A stretch of DNA of 64,000 bases from Thermoplasmata archaeon (GTDB lineage Archaea > Thermoplasmatota > Thermoplasmata > UBA10834). The position numbers and the translations under genes were made by a program. Below the pieces are notes generated by a model. It searched no databases. It worked only from the letters and a program-made list of their open reading frames with translations, and had not been told where the DNA came from. Where the stretch lies: NCBI GenBank assembly GCA_041304525.1, contig JBFYNF010000045.1, positions 7,479 to 71,478 on the forward strand, in the 5' to 3' direction. Shown piece after piece: positions 62,105 through 64,000 of this stretch (position 1 is its first letter; every line of letters begins with the position of its first letter).

Positions 62105-63580
62105 ATGAAGGACTTCAGAGTGAAGACGGCTTTCGCGGTGTCGGCCATTCTCATGATGGTAATGGGCATGCTTGCGGTACCCGCACAGGTATCCGCAGAG
62201 ACGGTCACATTGGACGAGCAGATTGCGACGGAGGATGGTGTCACCGACATACTCGGCGGCGGTGACCACTTCTTCGTCAAGTTCGGAACTGACGCTGCAT
62301 TCGGCATCGTGTGGGGGACCGAAGGGGACGAGAACTGCGTGTACTTCGTCGCAATAAAAGCGAGGTATCTCGGACTCGCGCAGGTCTACAACAGCGATGG
62401 CGAGATGATCGAGGAGAACCGCACCGTCAAGGTATACACGATGTACGCAGTGAAGCTCGACTCTATGTTGGAGTTCAACGACTCTGATGACAACGGTCTG
62501 CTGAACTACACAAGGAGCTACGATGGCGACGCTTTCCTTGACTACACCTACGACGAGACGGTATACAAGAGGGTCGACCTGACCACCGCGTGGAACGCTT
62601 CTGAGGTCATCGAGACCGATGGCGATGACAACAGGTCATGGGAGTTCAGCCTGACAGCGACCGACCTGCCTTACGATATCGTGAACGAGTCCGCTGAGCC
62701 GACCGTCGGGGACAACGTCCTCAACGAGCTCAAGCTGACGTTCCACCTGACTGCGGACCTCGTGCAGTACGACAATGTGTCCCTGCCACAGTGGAGGATA
62801 ACCGTCACGACAGGCCCCCTCGGCAAGATGGTCTTCATGACCGCTGACAGGCTAGAGAACATGCAGGTCACCGGGAAGATCCTCAAGTACGATGTCAAGT
62901 GGGACCAGGAGATAACGGGCTGGGACTACGACCCAAACAACACGAACCCGGCCGTGCTCATAGAGTTTCACAGCCTTGTGGGCAACTTCATCTCCCCACT
63001 CATGGCAACTTGGATGCAGATGAACACCCTGACATACATGAACGCCGTCGGTGTCATGAACTGCGAATCGACCGAGGGTGAACTCGATGTGGACGAAACC
63101 ACCGGTACCCTGACACAGCCCAAGGAGCTGATCAGGACCAGACTGTCCTTCGGGAGCGACTGGACAAGCATCGGCGCACTGACATGGGTCGACAACGTGA
63201 CCGTTGACGGCGAACCCGAGCTTGTGAAGGCTCAGATCATGGCGGGCCATAGGATTGTCGCCATGGCGAAGATCGGCGGCGAGTGGGCACCGTTCACAGG
63301 GTTCGTCGCCCTTGGCGCGTTGGTGTTCCCCGGCGGAACCAGCATCGTGCACGACCCAGTCTTCTCGTCCGAGGCGCTCGTCGAGATATCGACGGAGGAC
63401 ACTACGAGACTGCCAGTGTTCCTGCTCTTGATAGGTGCAGTGGTCATAGTGTTAATCGTGGTCGCGATTGCAGCCGTGACGACCACTGGGAAGAAGGCCG
63501 GCAAGGGAGACCAGGGCTCATACGAGAGGAGCAAGAGCTCCCAGCCAGGTGACTGGTCCAAGTACTACGGCAAGAAGTAG
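62105..63580 (+). CDS. secreted, C-terminally anchored hypothetical protein
   Basis: GGAGGTAGGAAG RBS. Signal peptide MKDFRVKTAFAVSAILMMVMGMLAVPAQVSA. C-terminal TM helix plus a Lys-rich tail. No domain recognised. The track ORF start at 61778 overlaps the divergent gene. Confidence 0.6.
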   Translation: MKDFRVKTAFAVSAILMMVMGMLAVPAQVSAETVTLDEQIATEDGVTDILGGGDHFFVKFGTDAAFGIVWGTEGDENCVYFVAIKARYLGLAQVYNSDGEMIEENRTVKVYTMYAVKLDSMLEFNDSDDNGLLNYTRSYDGDAFLDYTYDETVYKRVDLTTAWNASEVIETDGDDNRSWEFSLTATDLPYDIVNESAEPTVGDNVLNELKLTFHLTADLVQYDNVSLPQWRITVTTGPLGKMVFMTADRLENMQVTGKILKYDVKWDQEITGWDYDPNNTNPAVLIEFHSLVGNFISPLMATWMQMNTLTYMNAVGVMNCESTEGELDVDETTGTLTQPKELIRTRLSFGSDWTSIGALTWVDNVTVDGEPELVKAQIMAGHRIVAMAKIGGEWAPFTGFVALGALVFPGGTSIVHDPVFSSEALVEISTEDTTRLPVFLLLIGAVVIVLIVVAIAAVTTTGKKAGKGDQGSYERSKSSQPGDWSKYYGKK

Positions 63581-63748
63581 GTGCAAACCCCAGAAAACGG
63601 AGGCCGAGAACGCCTCCATTTCATGCTTTCTACTCAACGACTTATCGCAACGACAGCTACATGGAAAATGCTCGAGGTCCTGAGAGAGTCGAATCCACTC
63701 TCAGGACCCGTTCGGGTTTCAGAGTCCGTCGACGCACATGAATAGTGC

Positions 63749-64000
63749 TCACAACACTTCAGGGACTTGGTAGTCCGGGAACCCAATCTCGCTTCCATCG
63801 AGTGTCAAGAGAGTCTCAGGGGTCTTGAACATCACGAATATCGAGACCATGTCTCCGTCCTCGTACGACACGCTGGTCAAATCGAGGCTCGGAAGCGTCA
63901 CCTGGATCGACAAGGACCCATCTGCGTACACCGATGTGATGTAGGTTGAGGCGACCAACGGGGAACCGTCCAACGACAGGACGACCGGGGCGTCGTTTAT
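63749..64000 (-). CDS. hypothetical protein, 3' part (ORF open to window end)
   Basis: The reading frame continues without a stop from 63973 to 64000, so the gene probably starts beyond the window. No motif. Confidence 0.3.
   Translation of the reverse strand: MNDAPVVLSLDGSPLVASTYITSVYADGSLSIQVTLPSLDLTSVSYEDGDMVSIFVMFKTPETLLTLDGSEIGFPDYQVPEVL

Noticed and set aside
1-64000. CRISPR arrays, IS elements, integrases, prophage or toxin-antitoxin modules, including next to the two tRNA genes
   Set aside because: I saw no regularly spaced direct repeats and no transposase- or integrase-like ORFs. Flanks of both tRNAs are ordinary chromosomal genes. Only a by-eye scan was possible.

Overview
GC-rich archaeal chromosomal window. 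Archaeal markers are ribosomal proteins S3Ae and L37e, an LSm protein, a tRNA with a bulge-helix-bulge intron, BRE/TATA-like promoters and a full archaellum locus. The gene content (secreted C11, S51 and M20 peptidases, a peptide ABC importer, AOR, an HdrB-like protein, a non-Pyl MttB homolog) suggests a peptide-degrading Thermoplasmatota-like archaeon, but the lineage is a guess. I call about 58 protein genes and 2 tRNAs. I saw no rRNA, CRISPR array, IS element or integrase. Layout: (1) 1-19.5 kb is housekeeping and metabolism: HdrB-like fragment, M20-like protein, peptide-type ABC importer whose binding protein carries six PKD domains, S3Ae, tRNA-Met(CAU), ArsA/Get3, ferredoxin plus AOR, V4R/Roadblock pair, AMMECR1, dihydroorotase-like protein, Lrp. 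(2) 19.5-37.4 kb is an expanded, atypical archaellum locus. It holds two divergent wHTH regulators, three archaellin genes (one a 573-aa giant with three FN3-like inserts), two FlaD/E-type genes, FlaF fused to a six-bladed NHL-like propeller, FlaG, FlaH, two tandem FlaI ATPases, FlaJ, and a 1033-aa beta-propeller/CARDB-like surface protein. Two sets of conserved non-coding elements tie the locus together: a 22-28 nt element ahead of each archaellin gene (third copy inverted), and a 38-nt element shared by flaI-2 and the surface-protein gene. (3) 37.4-40.1 kb: LSm, L37e, PurF, a small Cys/Asp-repeat protein, tRNA-Ala. (4) 40.2-50.6 kb is an envelope and uptake region. It contains an ECF-type transporter whose S component is fused to an extracellular SUOX/YedY-fold-like domain. 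The same domain recurs four times in one secreted protein and once in a secreted metallophosphoesterase. S51 and C11 peptidases are also here. (5) 50.7-64 kb: Spo0M-like protein, non-Pyl MttB homolog, ABC-2 exporter, MscS plus CBS, a wHTH-STAND-TPR protein divergent from an anchored secreted protein. The two strongest candidates for something undescribed are the remodelled archaellum locus with its conserved leader elements, and the ECF transporter with the shared extracellular domain family. All functional calls rest on motif recognition by eye; no database search was run.
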